A stretch of DNA of 64,000 nt from an uncultured Pseudomonadota bacterium (GTDB taxonomy: Bacteria > Pseudomonadota > Gammaproteobacteria > Ga0077536): contig CACJXQ010000001.1 of assembly GCA_902597385.1 (NCBI GenBank), positions 137,371-201,370 of the forward strand, written 5' to 3'. How positions within the stretch are numbered: the stretch's first letter is position 1; each line of letters starts with the position of its first letter. Under the pieces are notes generated by a model. It saw nothing but the letters and a program-made list of their open reading frames with translations, searched no databases and had not been told where the DNA came from. Both the position numbers and the translations under genes were made by a program. Shown piece by piece: positions 18,095-26,810 of this stretch.

Positions 18095-18136
18095 CCAAAA
18101 AGTGATGCTAGCCGGCTTAAATAGGAGCCGGCTAGC
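18095..18136 (-). terminator. Rho-independent terminator after the 76-aa gene
   Basis: Perfect 11-bp inverted repeat GCTAGCCGGCT / AGCCGGCTAGC (18107-18117 / 18126-18136) with an 8-nt loop. On the minus-strand RNA it is followed by AUCACUUUUU. Confidence 0.7.
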
Positions 18137-18159
18137 GCAGATTCCCTAGTTTTTAACCA

Positions 18160-18390
18160 TTAGTTTAGTAGATTGAGTGCATCTTCGAAATACTTAGTTG
18201 CTAATTGAGCATTTGAATGCTCATTTTCAATACCTAGGTCGCGCAGTTTTGTTACCTCGGTTTTGACTGTTTCGGAAACGTTAGACATCTTTAGTTTCTC
18301 ATTTACAGCTTTGATCTTGTCGCTCATACAGCCAGCGTAACTAATCGAAGTAAATGCCAGTAATAACAGGGTAAGATATAGTTTTTTCAT
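18160..18390 (-). CDS. Small exported protein (signal peptide, possible lipoprotein)
   Basis: 76 aa. MKKLYLTLLLLAFTSISYAGC... then a helical charged body. Followed by a strong terminator. Confidence 0.5.
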   Translation of the reverse strand: MKKLYLTLLLLAFTSISYAGCMSDKIKAVNEKLKMSNVSETVKTEVTKLRDLGIENEHSNAQLATKYFEDALNLLN

Positions 18391-18473
18391 TTATTAAGAC
18401 TCCAGTTTTAATATTTTGGTTCTTAAATACTACGTCAGAAAGCTTAAAAAATATCAATATTTTTCTATTTTAG

Positions 18474-19313
18474 CTAGAAATCTTTAGAACTATGACGTTC
18501 TTTTAATTGTTCTTCATCAGGCCCCCACGTTTTATTCACTCTACGGCCTCTCACTACTGCTGGTCTTTTTTCTATCTCTTTCGCCCATCTAACAACGTTA
18601 TTGTAGGACGCAACGTCGAGAAACTCTGCGGCCTCGTAGATATTGTGTAGTACAAGATATCCATACCATGGGTAAGTTGCGATATCAGCAATAGTGTAAT
18701 CGTTTCCGCAAAGATATTTTCTGTCGGATAGGTTTCTATTAAGTACATCTAGCTGGCGTTTTACTTCCATACTAAATCTGTTGATAGGGTATTCGTATTT
18801 TTCGGGTGCGTACGCATAAAAGTGACCGAAACCTCCGCCTAGATAGGGTGCACTACCCATTTGCCAAAAAAGCCACGATAGACACTCAGCCATTTTGTCT
18901 TGTGATTTAGGGTAGAAGTGTCCGAATTTTTCGCCTAAATAGAGTAGAATTGCGCCAGATTCGAAAATCCGCACATTTGGGGAAACACTTCGATCTAATA
19001 GGGCGGGAATTTTAGAATTCGGATTTATTTCCACAAATCCGCTACCGAATTGTTGTCCTTCGCTTATATCGATCAAAAAAGCATCATATTCTGCGTCACT
19101 CACACCTAACTCTAATAGCTCTTCAAGCATTATTGTTACTTTGACACCGTTTGGGGTGCCTAAAGAATGTAATTGCAGAGGATGCTTCCCCGTAGGAAGC
19201 TCCTTATCATGGGTTGCACCGGCTATGGGTCTGTTTATGTTTGCAAATTTTCCACCACTCTCGGTATCCCATCTCCAAACTTTTGGCGGCGTGTAAGTTT
19301 TGTCTTCACTCAA
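18474..19313 (-). CDS. yghU: Nu-class glutathione transferase / GSH-dependent disulfide-bond oxidoreductase (YghU-like)
   Basis: 279 aa. N-terminus TYTPPKVWRWD...GGKFANINRPIAGATHDKELPTGKHPLQLHSLGTPNGVKV is characteristic of YghU. Confidence 0.85.
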   Translation of the reverse strand: MSEDKTYTPPKVWRWDTESGGKFANINRPIAGATHDKELPTGKHPLQLHSLGTPNGVKVTIMLEELLELGVSDAEYDAFLIDISEGQQFGSGFVEINPNSKIPALLDRSVSPNVRIFESGAILLYLGEKFGHFYPKSQDKMAECLSWLFWQMGSAPYLGGGFGHFYAYAPEKYEYPINRFSMEVKRQLDVLNRNLSDRKYLCGNDYTIADIATYPWYGYLVLHNIYEAAEFLDVASYNNVVRWAKEIEKRPAVVRGRRVNKTWGPDEEQLKERHSSKDF

Positions 19314-19763
19314 TTTGCTGTTCTCCTTTAGAGTTTTTTAATAACCCGTTTACTGAATCCGTCTCTAGCGGCTCCATTTCCGCAATTAGGATGTTATCTT
19401 ACCAGATTGTATTTTTCTAATACCTGGTATCAAACATTATGTTGAGTTTGATTGCAAAAGTCTTTGTAGGGGAAAGTCAGTTAAGCTAAATCTGTGAAGG
19501 GGTCGTATTTTTAATAATTTGGGGGCTGGTGATACCTCGACAATTATCGCAACTACTTGCCCTTGCGGCCTTAATTTATTGAGGTAATAACTTAATATTA
19601 TTTTAGAATCTGAAAGTCTGGTTGAGAGCTAGTAGATATAAGTTTTGTAAGAAATGAAATAAATGTCTTTTGCAGGGAATTCAAATCTGGGATATTTTTA
19701 GTTTAGCAGTTGTTGTTTAAGTCCGGGATCTCTAGGGGTTAGATGAGTTAAAAGGGGGCAATA

Positions 19764-20648
19764 ATGGGAGATCAAATTAAAGTAGAACCTTTGAATGTAG
19801 TTTTTGGTGCTCGAGTTTCAGGTGTTAAGTTATCTTCAATATCAGATACTGATTTTGAAGAACTGTACCAAGCCTGGTTAGAGTATGGTTTGCTTATCTG
19901 TGAGGCTCAATTTTTAAGTCATGATGAGCAAATAGAGTTTGCGCGAAGATTTGGGGAACTGGAATTTGAATTGGCCGCTCTAAGTAACGTGTTAGAGGAT
20001 GGGAAGTTACGTTGTGACGATGGCTCTGATGATGTGATGAATATTTTGAAAGGTAACATGGATTGGCATCACGATAGTACCTATATGCCGATTCAGGCTA
20101 AAGGAGCGGTTTTTTCAGCAGAAATAGTACCTTCTGAAGGTGGGGAGACCGGGTTTGCTGATATGAGGGCAGCCTACAGTGCGTTGGATCTTAAAATTCA
20201 AAAGAAATTGATGGGTCTCAGTGCTTACCACTCTCTGCACTATAGCCAAAAAAAATTAGGCTATGCCAGTCAGAGTTTAAAGGGAAAAGGCATTAATGAT
20301 GATGGTGATCTCGATGGTTACGGGTTCCATGACGGACCCGTATCAATTAGACCGCTGGTCAAAGAACATCCCGAGACTGGATGTCCGAATCTTATAATTG
20401 GACGACATGCTTACAATATAATTGGGCTATCTGAAAAGGAATCGTCAGAGCTCCTTGAGTATCTGAAAGTTTTTTCTTGTAGACCTCCCAGGATTTATCA
20501 TCATCAGTGGCAACCCGGGGACACAGTGGTTTGGGATAACCGGAGACTTATGCACCAAGCCACTCCTTGGCCCACCGATCAGGCAAGAGTAATGTGGCAT
20601 AGTAGGATAGCCGGAGACCCTGAAACCGAATCTGCTCTACATGACTAA
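19764..20648 (+). CDS. TauD/TfdA family Fe(II)/2-oxoglutarate dioxygenase
   Basis: 294 aa. HxD iron motif in DWHHDSTY, distal H/R region (VVWDNRRLMHQA). Confidence 0.8.
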   Translation: MGDQIKVEPLNVVFGARVSGVKLSSISDTDFEELYQAWLEYGLLICEAQFLSHDEQIEFARRFGELEFELAALSNVLEDGKLRCDDGSDDVMNILKGNMDWHHDSTYMPIQAKGAVFSAEIVPSEGGETGFADMRAAYSALDLKIQKKLMGLSAYHSLHYSQKKLGYASQSLKGKGINDDGDLDGYGFHDGPVSIRPLVKEHPETGCPNLIIGRHAYNIIGLSEKESSELLEYLKVFSCRPPRIYHHQWQPGDTVVWDNRRLMHQATPWPTDQARVMWHSRIAGDPETESALHD

Positions 20649-20696
20649 CTCAGTGAGGTTCTGGATTGCGACATTGGTGCTTCACAGTGCACGCAC

Positions 20697-21668
20697 TTAT
20701 TCCTCAAGTTGATAATTGAGTAATGACGCAATGGGCTCGCAATGTTTCAGTATTTCTTCTTGTTCATCCAGGTGCATTATCTTTTTCCACTCCGAATCTT
20801 GTTTTACAACGCCATCGAATTTCGCAATCATTCTATTGCCAATAATATGATGGGGTTTCTTTGGCGTGGAAAAAACACTTTCTTCCTCTAAATCCAAAAA
20901 TTTAAATATTCTTTTCATTTCAATTTCAGGCCTAATGGAAAGATTCTCGTAAAAAACTGGGAGATATTCGCATTTATCCATTTGGGGAAAGGTTTGTAAG
21001 ACTGTTCCGTGGAAACCTTTCCACATTTCTGAACCCAGGGTCGTGTGATTCTCTAATTTTGGAAAATTCCGTTTTAAAGATGTTATGTAAGCTCTGGGAT
21101 CCCGAACTAGATGAATTACTCTGATCCTTTCGGAGACTATATGTTTAATGCAAAGACAGCGATTAATATCTTTTGTTCCATCTATGAATACTTTTTTTCT
21201 GTGAAAGGACGCTACTTCTGCAGAGAAAGACTCTACTGATTTTCTGAAGTCTTGACTTTTTTGGGGGAAAAAATTCCAAATGGAAAAAAACTTCTGAAAA
21301 TGTTCGTTAAGCCTATTTATTCTCTCTATGGTACCAACCGATAAATTTGGCAAAAGTGGGGCTATGTGCTCGGAGCGTGAGTGGTTATAGGGTATTTGGG
21401 TTTCTTCGATGTGACTCCAAAAGATACAGTCCTTAATCAACGGGCCACAGGAACAATAAAAATTCTCGGTTTTCCTTGTGGGTATAGTATCGCCTAAGGA
21501 AATAACTTTAGAATGATTATTAAGTAAAATTGCTAAAAGGGAAGCACCGTGGAAGGAGGGACATAATACAAAATTAAATTGTTTTGGAAGATTGCGCTTG
21601 TCCACTAATTTGAGTCCCTTAAGAAATAGCCTCATTTTTTGGCCAACGATAATTGTAGTTAGGTTCAC
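20697..21668 (-). CDS. Sulfotransferase family protein
   Basis: 5'-PSB-like CPSFHGASLLAILL and 3'-PB-like HLVRDPRAYITS motifs. The start is uncertain (ATG at 21635 or GTG at 21605 are more likely than 21668). Overlaps or abuts the upstream kinase gene. Confidence 0.5.
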   Translation of the reverse strand: MNLTTIIVGQKMRLFLKGLKLVDKRNLPKQFNFVLCPSFHGASLLAILLNNHSKVISLGDTIPTRKTENFYCSCGPLIKDCIFWSHIEETQIPYNHSRSEHIAPLLPNLSVGTIERINRLNEHFQKFFSIWNFFPQKSQDFRKSVESFSAEVASFHRKKVFIDGTKDINRCLCIKHIVSERIRVIHLVRDPRAYITSLKRNFPKLENHTTLGSEMWKGFHGTVLQTFPQMDKCEYLPVFYENLSIRPEIEMKRIFKFLDLEEESVFSTPKKPHHIIGNRMIAKFDGVVKQDSEWKKIMHLDEQEEILKHCEPIASLLNYQLEE

Positions 21669-22437
21669 AAGTTATTGTGATATTTGCTAATTTGGGAAGA
21701 TGTTTCCACAGAGCGTGCGTCCAAGATTCAAAATGATAACAAAACTCCCTAATATCTTGTTGTGAAACCGAGTTTTTCGCTCCTGAGTGCTCGAGGTTGT
21801 TTATCTCCTGGTTCCATCTGTTATTAACGATGTGTTCAAAATTGTCTTGTTTTATAAAGATCATAAAGTCCAAAGTTTCCCAAATACTTTGGTATTTAAC
21901 TGATTCTATTATTGTCCAGGATTTCCAAAGTCCATCAGGGTCATTTTTTTTTTCCCATGAAGTTAGAGGATCCTTTAAGAGAAAGGAAGGTTTTGCACCT
22001 ATGCACCACCCTTCCAGGATAATAATTTGAGGATGAGGTGGGCAGATTCTCCATTGTTTTTTTGATATTAGATCGTCAGATAACTTTGAGAAGATAGGAA
22101 TCTTTATTTTATCGCTCGGACTTTTTTCACTTAGGTTTGCGAGAACTTCCTTTAACAAATTCACATCATGAGTACCAGGGACTCCTCGAGTAAAGGCAAG
22201 AGGGTGTAGGCGATCCGCTAATTCTCTTCTTTTTGCTTTCGATAAATAAAAATCATCAAGCGATAAGACGCAGCAAGAAACTTTTTTATTTGTTAATAAT
22301 TCTTCTAATTTTTGGCATAGAGTTGTCTTCCCAGACCCTTGGCCTCCGCTTAAGCCAACTATAAAGGGTCGACTCCTTCCTTCACTTTTTTCTGTTATCA
22401 GTTTAAGGAGTTTTATTGCGATAGATTCAATTTTCAT
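21619..22437 (-). CDS. P-loop kinase (D-glycerate 3-kinase / uridine-kinase-like family)
   Basis: Walker A GLSGGQGSGKTT. 272 aa. LSLDDFY and ILEGW motifs as in GLYK/YFH7-type kinases. Confidence 0.55.
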   Translation of the reverse strand: MKIESIAIKLLKLITEKSEGRSRPFIVGLSGGQGSGKTTLCQKLEELLTNKKVSCCVLSLDDFYLSKAKRRELADRLHPLAFTRGVPGTHDVNLLKEVLANLSEKSPSDKIKIPIFSKLSDDLISKKQWRICPPHPQIIILEGWCIGAKPSFLLKDPLTSWEKKNDPDGLWKSWTIIESVKYQSIWETLDFMIFIKQDNFEHIVNNRWNQEINNLEHSGAKNSVSQQDIREFCYHFESWTHALWKHLPKLANITITCEPNYNYRWPKNEAIS

Positions 22438-22475
22438 AGGTCTTAATTCTACCAGTTTATGTTACGGTTGACGTA

Positions 22476-23033
22476 ATGTTGTTTTTTCTTACCTCAATAT
22501 TCAAAAGGAGGAGTGTAGTGTGGCAGTATGACGGTTCACAAAGACCGGGTTTCGCTAAAGAGACAAGGAAAGGTCAAGAGTCAGTTTGGGATTATCCTCG
22601 TCCACCAAGCTTGCGACGATTGGATTTAAAAATAGAGGTGAAATATGACGGTGCAGTACTAGCCAATTCGACAGAAGCACTGTGTGTTTCCGAGACCGCG
22701 TCTCCCCCGGTTTTTTACATATCCTTTGCTAATGTAGTCTTTGGTATGCTTTGTAAAGCACCCGGTAGTTCCTTCTGCGAGTGGAAGGGGAAGGCAAGTT
22801 ATTGGGGTATAAAAAGTAATTTGAATCGCTCCGATTCGGTGGCGTGGAGTTACGAGGAGCCTCTGAAGTCCTATGAGAAATTGAAAGATCATATGGCCTT
22901 CTATCCAGGCAAAGTGGACTGCTATCTTGATGGTGAGAAAGTAGCCCCGCAACCAGGCGGTTTTTACGGAGGGTGGATGACAACAAAAATCTGTGGGCCG
23001 GTTAAAGGTAGCCCTGGTACTGAATGGTGGTAA
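22476..23033 (+). CDS. DUF427 domain protein
   Basis: ESVWDYPRPP motif and CEWKGKASYW motif typical of DUF427. The N-terminal start is uncertain. Confidence 0.7.
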   Translation: MLFFLTSIFKRRSVVWQYDGSQRPGFAKETRKGQESVWDYPRPPSLRRLDLKIEVKYDGAVLANSTEALCVSETASPPVFYISFANVVFGMLCKAPGSSFCEWKGKASYWGIKSNLNRSDSVAWSYEEPLKSYEKLKDHMAFYPGKVDCYLDGEKVAPQPGGFYGGWMTTKICGPVKGSPGTEWW

Positions 23034-23156
23034 AACTCATAATGGCTAAAAGTTGTATTCAAGTAATGAATTGCGAGTAATTACAGAAATCATTGGTATA
23101 GTAAACCTCACTCACGGTAACATTTATTTGAAAGTAAACTGAAGGATTTCAAGATT

Positions 23157-24254
23157 ATGGCAACAAATAAAAATAGGCAATGGTTACTAAAATCCAGGCC
23201 GGAAGGAATGATATCGCCAGACCAGTTCCAACTGGCTGAATCAGAAGTGCCTAGGCTAAACGACGGAGAAGTGCTTGCTAAAGTTTTGTTGCTTTCTTTT
23301 GATCCGACCCAAAGGGCTTGGATGTCAATGGATACCTATATACCAGCGGTGAATCTGGGGGAACCCATGAGAGCAGGGGGAATAGCACAAGTAATAGAGT
23401 CGAGACACTCCAAGTTCAGGCCAGGTGATTTGGTCAACTCCTTCTGTGGATGGCAAGAATATGTTGTCTTTCAACCTGACAAACCCAAATTTGTTCCAGT
23501 TACTCGTATTCCTGGGCATCTAGACCCGAAATTGATTTTGGCTTTGTCCCTGACTGGCTTGACTGCGTATTTTGGAATGTTGGAAATTGGTTGTCCCAAG
23601 CGAGGGGAAACTGTACTGATCAGCGGTGCTGCGGGTGCTACAGGTTCTGTGGCTGGTCAAATAGCAAAGTTAAAAGGTTGTAAAGTCGTAGGTATCGCGG
23701 GTGGAGAGGAGAAGTGCAAGTGGTTAAAAGAAATTGGGAAATTTGACTTTGCTATAGACTATAAAAGCCAAGATATAGGGCGAGAGTTGGACCGAATTTG
23801 TCCAGAGGGTGTTGATGTTTACTTCGATAATGTAGGGGGACCAATAACTGACGAGGTCCTCTTACGTATTAACCAAAAAGCTCGGGTTGTACTGTGCGGT
23901 GCAATTTCACAATATAACCAAAAAGTTGAAGAGATGTATGGGTTACAAAATTATTTATCATTAGTTATTAATCGGGCGCGGGCGGAAGGATTTATTATAT
24001 TGGATTATTTAGATAGGGCACTTGAAGGTCTGTTAAAACTGACGTCTTGGGTCGAAAGCGGAAATCTGATTCAGGAGATTGATTTGCAAAACGGGTTTGA
24101 AAATATTCCATCTACTCTCTTACGCATCTTCAATGGTGATAATGTGGGCAAGCAAATCTTACAATTAGCGGAGCCTCCATTGCCAATTCGAACTAATCCT
24201 GCTGAACAATTGATATTTAGAATCATGCAGAAATTAAGTGGTCTAAGGGGATGA
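23157..24254 (+). CDS. NADP-dependent oxidoreductase (MDR superfamily, alkenal/one reductase YncB/PTGR-like)
   Basis: 365 aa. Cofactor motif ISGAAGATGSVAGQIAKLKG. No zinc-ligand Cys cluster. Confidence 0.8.
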   Translation: MATNKNRQWLLKSRPEGMISPDQFQLAESEVPRLNDGEVLAKVLLLSFDPTQRAWMSMDTYIPAVNLGEPMRAGGIAQVIESRHSKFRPGDLVNSFCGWQEYVVFQPDKPKFVPVTRIPGHLDPKLILALSLTGLTAYFGMLEIGCPKRGETVLISGAAGATGSVAGQIAKLKGCKVVGIAGGEEKCKWLKEIGKFDFAIDYKSQDIGRELDRICPEGVDVYFDNVGGPITDEVLLRINQKARVVLCGAISQYNQKVEEMYGLQNYLSLVINRARAEGFIILDYLDRALEGLLKLTSWVESGNLIQEIDLQNGFENIPSTLLRIFNGDNVGKQILQLAEPPLPIRTNPAEQLIFRIMQKLSGLRG

Positions 24255-24271
24255 TTTTATCAATTATCCAA

Positions 24272-24970
24272 CTATTCAGTGAACCAATAGTGGGAAACTT
24301 CCCAATTTACTTTATTGCTTCTGGCTAATCCTAACTGATGCATAGTGTGCCGTATAAGCCCTAAATGTTCTCGTCCAAACATTCCTATTTTTCTGTCGTT
24401 ATAGAGAAAGGCTAAGTGCGGAACGCCGACGGCACCTGTCTCTTCGGCTTCTTTTTTAAACATTTGTAAATCATGTGGTCCATGATTTTTAACATATTCT
24501 TGAAAGCCTTCGACTTGTTCAGGTTTTAAACCGGAAGACATTAAGGTACCCTTTAAATTATCGATATTCGTCATGTCATAATCTCGCCAACCGTTAGGCC
24601 ATCCAGCGCTATAAATTTCTGTTAGGTAGTTGGCGGATTTTCCGTATTTTAAAGCATAAGCAATTCCCATGTTGGCCTTCTCAGCGCTTAATAGGATTTC
24701 TGGTCCTCTAAGGTTTAAACCCATGGCTTTCGCGTATACTCTTGCCACTGTGTAGTACATCCTTGCTCTCCGATCTTGGGTCTTATCTTTGGGTTTTCTT
24801 ACAGGGTTTTCTGGATCGTGATCTGTGGTTACATTAATATCTACGTAGCTAAGATCGTAGGGTTTGAAATTAACTTTACATGAATAATCTTTCTCAAGGT
24901 ATAAGGCGGGCTTCATCATTAGATAGGAGTGGGGACTCTTCACATCAAGATATATATCAATTTCAAACAT
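24272..24970 (-). CDS. DsbA-like thioredoxin-fold protein (2-hydroxychromene-2-carboxylate isomerase / kappa-GST-like)
   Basis: 232 aa. N-terminal IDIYLDVKSPHSYL pattern typical of the HCCA isomerase family (Ser in place of CxxC). Confidence 0.6.
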   Translation of the reverse strand: MFEIDIYLDVKSPHSYLMMKPALYLEKDYSCKVNFKPYDLSYVDINVTTDHDPENPVRKPKDKTQDRRARMYYTVARVYAKAMGLNLRGPEILLSAEKANMGIAYALKYGKSANYLTEIYSAGWPNGWRDYDMTNIDNLKGTLMSSGLKPEQVEGFQEYVKNHGPHDLQMFKKEAEETGAVGVPHLAFLYNDRKIGMFGREHLGLIRHTMHQLGLARSNKVNWEVSHYWFTE

Positions 24971-24989
24971 GTAGTATGCCTTTTACAAT

Positions 24990-25370
24990 TTAGTAAACAA
25001 TTTTGAGCACTATCCAAGAGGACCTTCTCCTACCAATCCTAGCAAAAATGTCTACTAAAAACATTTGCCAAGAATATTTCTTATACATGAGCGCTATAAC
25101 TTTTTGCAGATCCTTTCCTTCAGAAGACAATGTGACGGTAGCCTCAGACCATGAAGATAGGATTTCCCCTCTAAGAGAGCAAAGCGCTATTTCTGATGTA
25201 GACTTGTTCCTGATCCGCTTTACCTTTCCAGAGGTCTCATTGGTAAAGGCGAAAAATGTCCGTGTATCTTGCTCTTTGAGATGTGGAACCACCCACAATG
25301 GAGTTGCTACGGTTCGCCCATTTTTCTTGTAGGTCTTAAGGGATATATATCTCGGATTTTCAAAAGACAT
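24990..25370 (-). CDS. PPOX-class (pyridoxamine 5'-phosphate oxidase-like, F420/FMN-binding split barrel) protein
   Basis: 126 aa. ISLKTYKKNGRTVATPLWVV...FFAFTNETSGKVKRIRN pattern. Confidence 0.55.
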   Translation of the reverse strand: MSFENPRYISLKTYKKNGRTVATPLWVVPHLKEQDTRTFFAFTNETSGKVKRIRNKSTSEIALCSLRGEILSSWSEATVTLSSEGKDLQKVIALMYKKYSWQMFLVDIFARIGRRRSSWIVLKIVY

Positions 25371-25382
25371 AGTTTGCTTGTA

Positions 25383-25982
25383 TTAAGCGCCTTTAAAAGT
25401 GCACAGATCTCTTTCTAGGAGGCGTTGGAGATACTCAGAGAGGTTGGTAAAACTCTGCAGATGCCCGGCATTTTTAGCCCAGTTAAGGGTAAAGCCAACT
25501 ACTATATCAGTTACTGAAAAACTATCTCCTGTTAGATATCTGTAACCATCCAACCCTTTTTCAACAGCTTCAAGACCGTTCCTAATTTCTAAGGTGTTGT
25601 TAGGTACAATTTCGGCTATTCGCATCTCTGCAGGATAAAGTTTCTGGTTTTTAAAGGAACTCCATAAATAAGCTTCTATTTCAGTGAGAGCAAAAGAGCA
25701 CCATTGGCTATGAAGCGCACGTTCATGTGTCCCTGGGTTCGCAATAAGGTTGGCAGCAGGATGTAAATCGCATAGATGCGAACAAATAGCTGCTGATTCG
25801 AAGTACGCCTTACCGTTGATTAAGATCGCGGGCAATTTGCCCAAAGGGTGCATTTTTTTTAGTTCTTCTGATCCAATAAGTGAGTCGCCTTCAATGTATT
25901 CGAATTCTACACCTAATTCTAAGAGCGTCCACCTGCAGCGACTCGAGCGAGAAGTGCCGCTACCAAAAAGGGTGATTTCCAA
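25383..25982 (-). CDS. Glutathione S-transferase
   Basis: 199 aa. N-terminal thioredoxin-like domain (GKLPAILINGKAYFESAAICSHL) and helical C-domain. Confidence 0.8.
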   Translation of the reverse strand: MEITLFGSGTSRSSRCRWTLLELGVEFEYIEGDSLIGSEELKKMHPLGKLPAILINGKAYFESAAICSHLCDLHPAANLIANPGTHERALHSQWCSFALTEIEAYLWSSFKNQKLYPAEMRIAEIVPNNTLEIRNGLEAVEKGLDGYRYLTGDSFSVTDIVVGFTLNWAKNAGHLQSFTNLSEYLQRLLERDLCTFKGA

Positions 25983-26005
25983 ATCCTAAATTCCCTGCAT
26001 CATCG

Positions 26006-26782
26006 TTATCTGTTCCACCAAGGCGTATCAGAAAAGGAACGTAGGTCTATTTCGTGTGCCCACGCTGATCGATGCTGTTGCGCAATATGGTAGTAGGTGT
26101 CGGCGACTTTGTCAGGCAACAGCAATCCATCGTTTTCCAACCCAATTTCTTCTCGAAGTTTTTGGAATTTGGTAGGCCCAAGCATTTTCCCTAGGGTGTC
26201 GGGAGCGTCCACTGCCCCATCAATAATCACATGAGCGACGTGTATGTTCTTAGAGGAAAATTCAGCATTTAAAGTTTGACATAGCATTCGTCTTCCGCCC
26301 ATAGCGGCGGCATGCGAGTGTTGGCCTCCGTTTCCTCTGACAGCGGCGGTCGAGGAAGTGACAATTAAAGTTCCCTTTTCGCGCGCCACCATTTTAGGAA
26401 ACAAGCTGGAAGCAAGTCTGAACAATCCAAATGTTCCCAGTCTCCATCCGAGTTCAAATTGTTTTTGACTTGTTTCAGTGAGCAACTTATCTCCTATCTG
26501 AGCACCTAAATTATAAACGGCAACTTCAATTGGCCCAATGGTTTGTTCGACTTCTGTAATTAGATTTTCGATAGTCTCGTTTTGAGTAGCGTCTAGCATG
26601 AAGCCTTTTGCCTCAAATCCATCTTGCTTGATTTCGTTAACAATCGTCTCTAAACCTTTGGAGTCACTTCGTCGACATAGACATGAAAAATAACCCTCGG
26701 CGGCAAATTTCTTACCGGTATGGCCTCCTATACCAGCACCGGCACCAACAACTAGACAGACTGGTTTCATCGATTTCTCCAA
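26006..26782 (-). CDS. SDR-family oxidoreductase, atypical (no YxxxK seen)
   Basis: Rossmann motif VVGAGAGIGGH, NLGA, IVTSST. The expected catalytic segment reads GGQHSHAAAMGGRR, with neither Tyr nor Lys. Confidence 0.7.
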   Translation of the reverse strand: MEKSMKPVCLVVGAGAGIGGHTGKKFAAEGYFSCLCRRSDSKGLETIVNEIKQDGFEAKGFMLDATQNETIENLITEVEQTIGPIEVAVYNLGAQIGDKLLTETSQKQFELGWRLGTFGLFRLASSLFPKMVAREKGTLIVTSSTAAVRGNGGQHSHAAAMGGRRMLCQTLNAEFSSKNIHVAHVIIDGAVDAPDTLGKMLGPTKFQKLREEIGLENDGLLLPDKVADTYYHIAQQHRSAWAHEIDLRSFSDTPWWNR

Positions 26783-26810
26783 TTTTTTTTAATATGCAGG
26801 ATTTTCAGCC

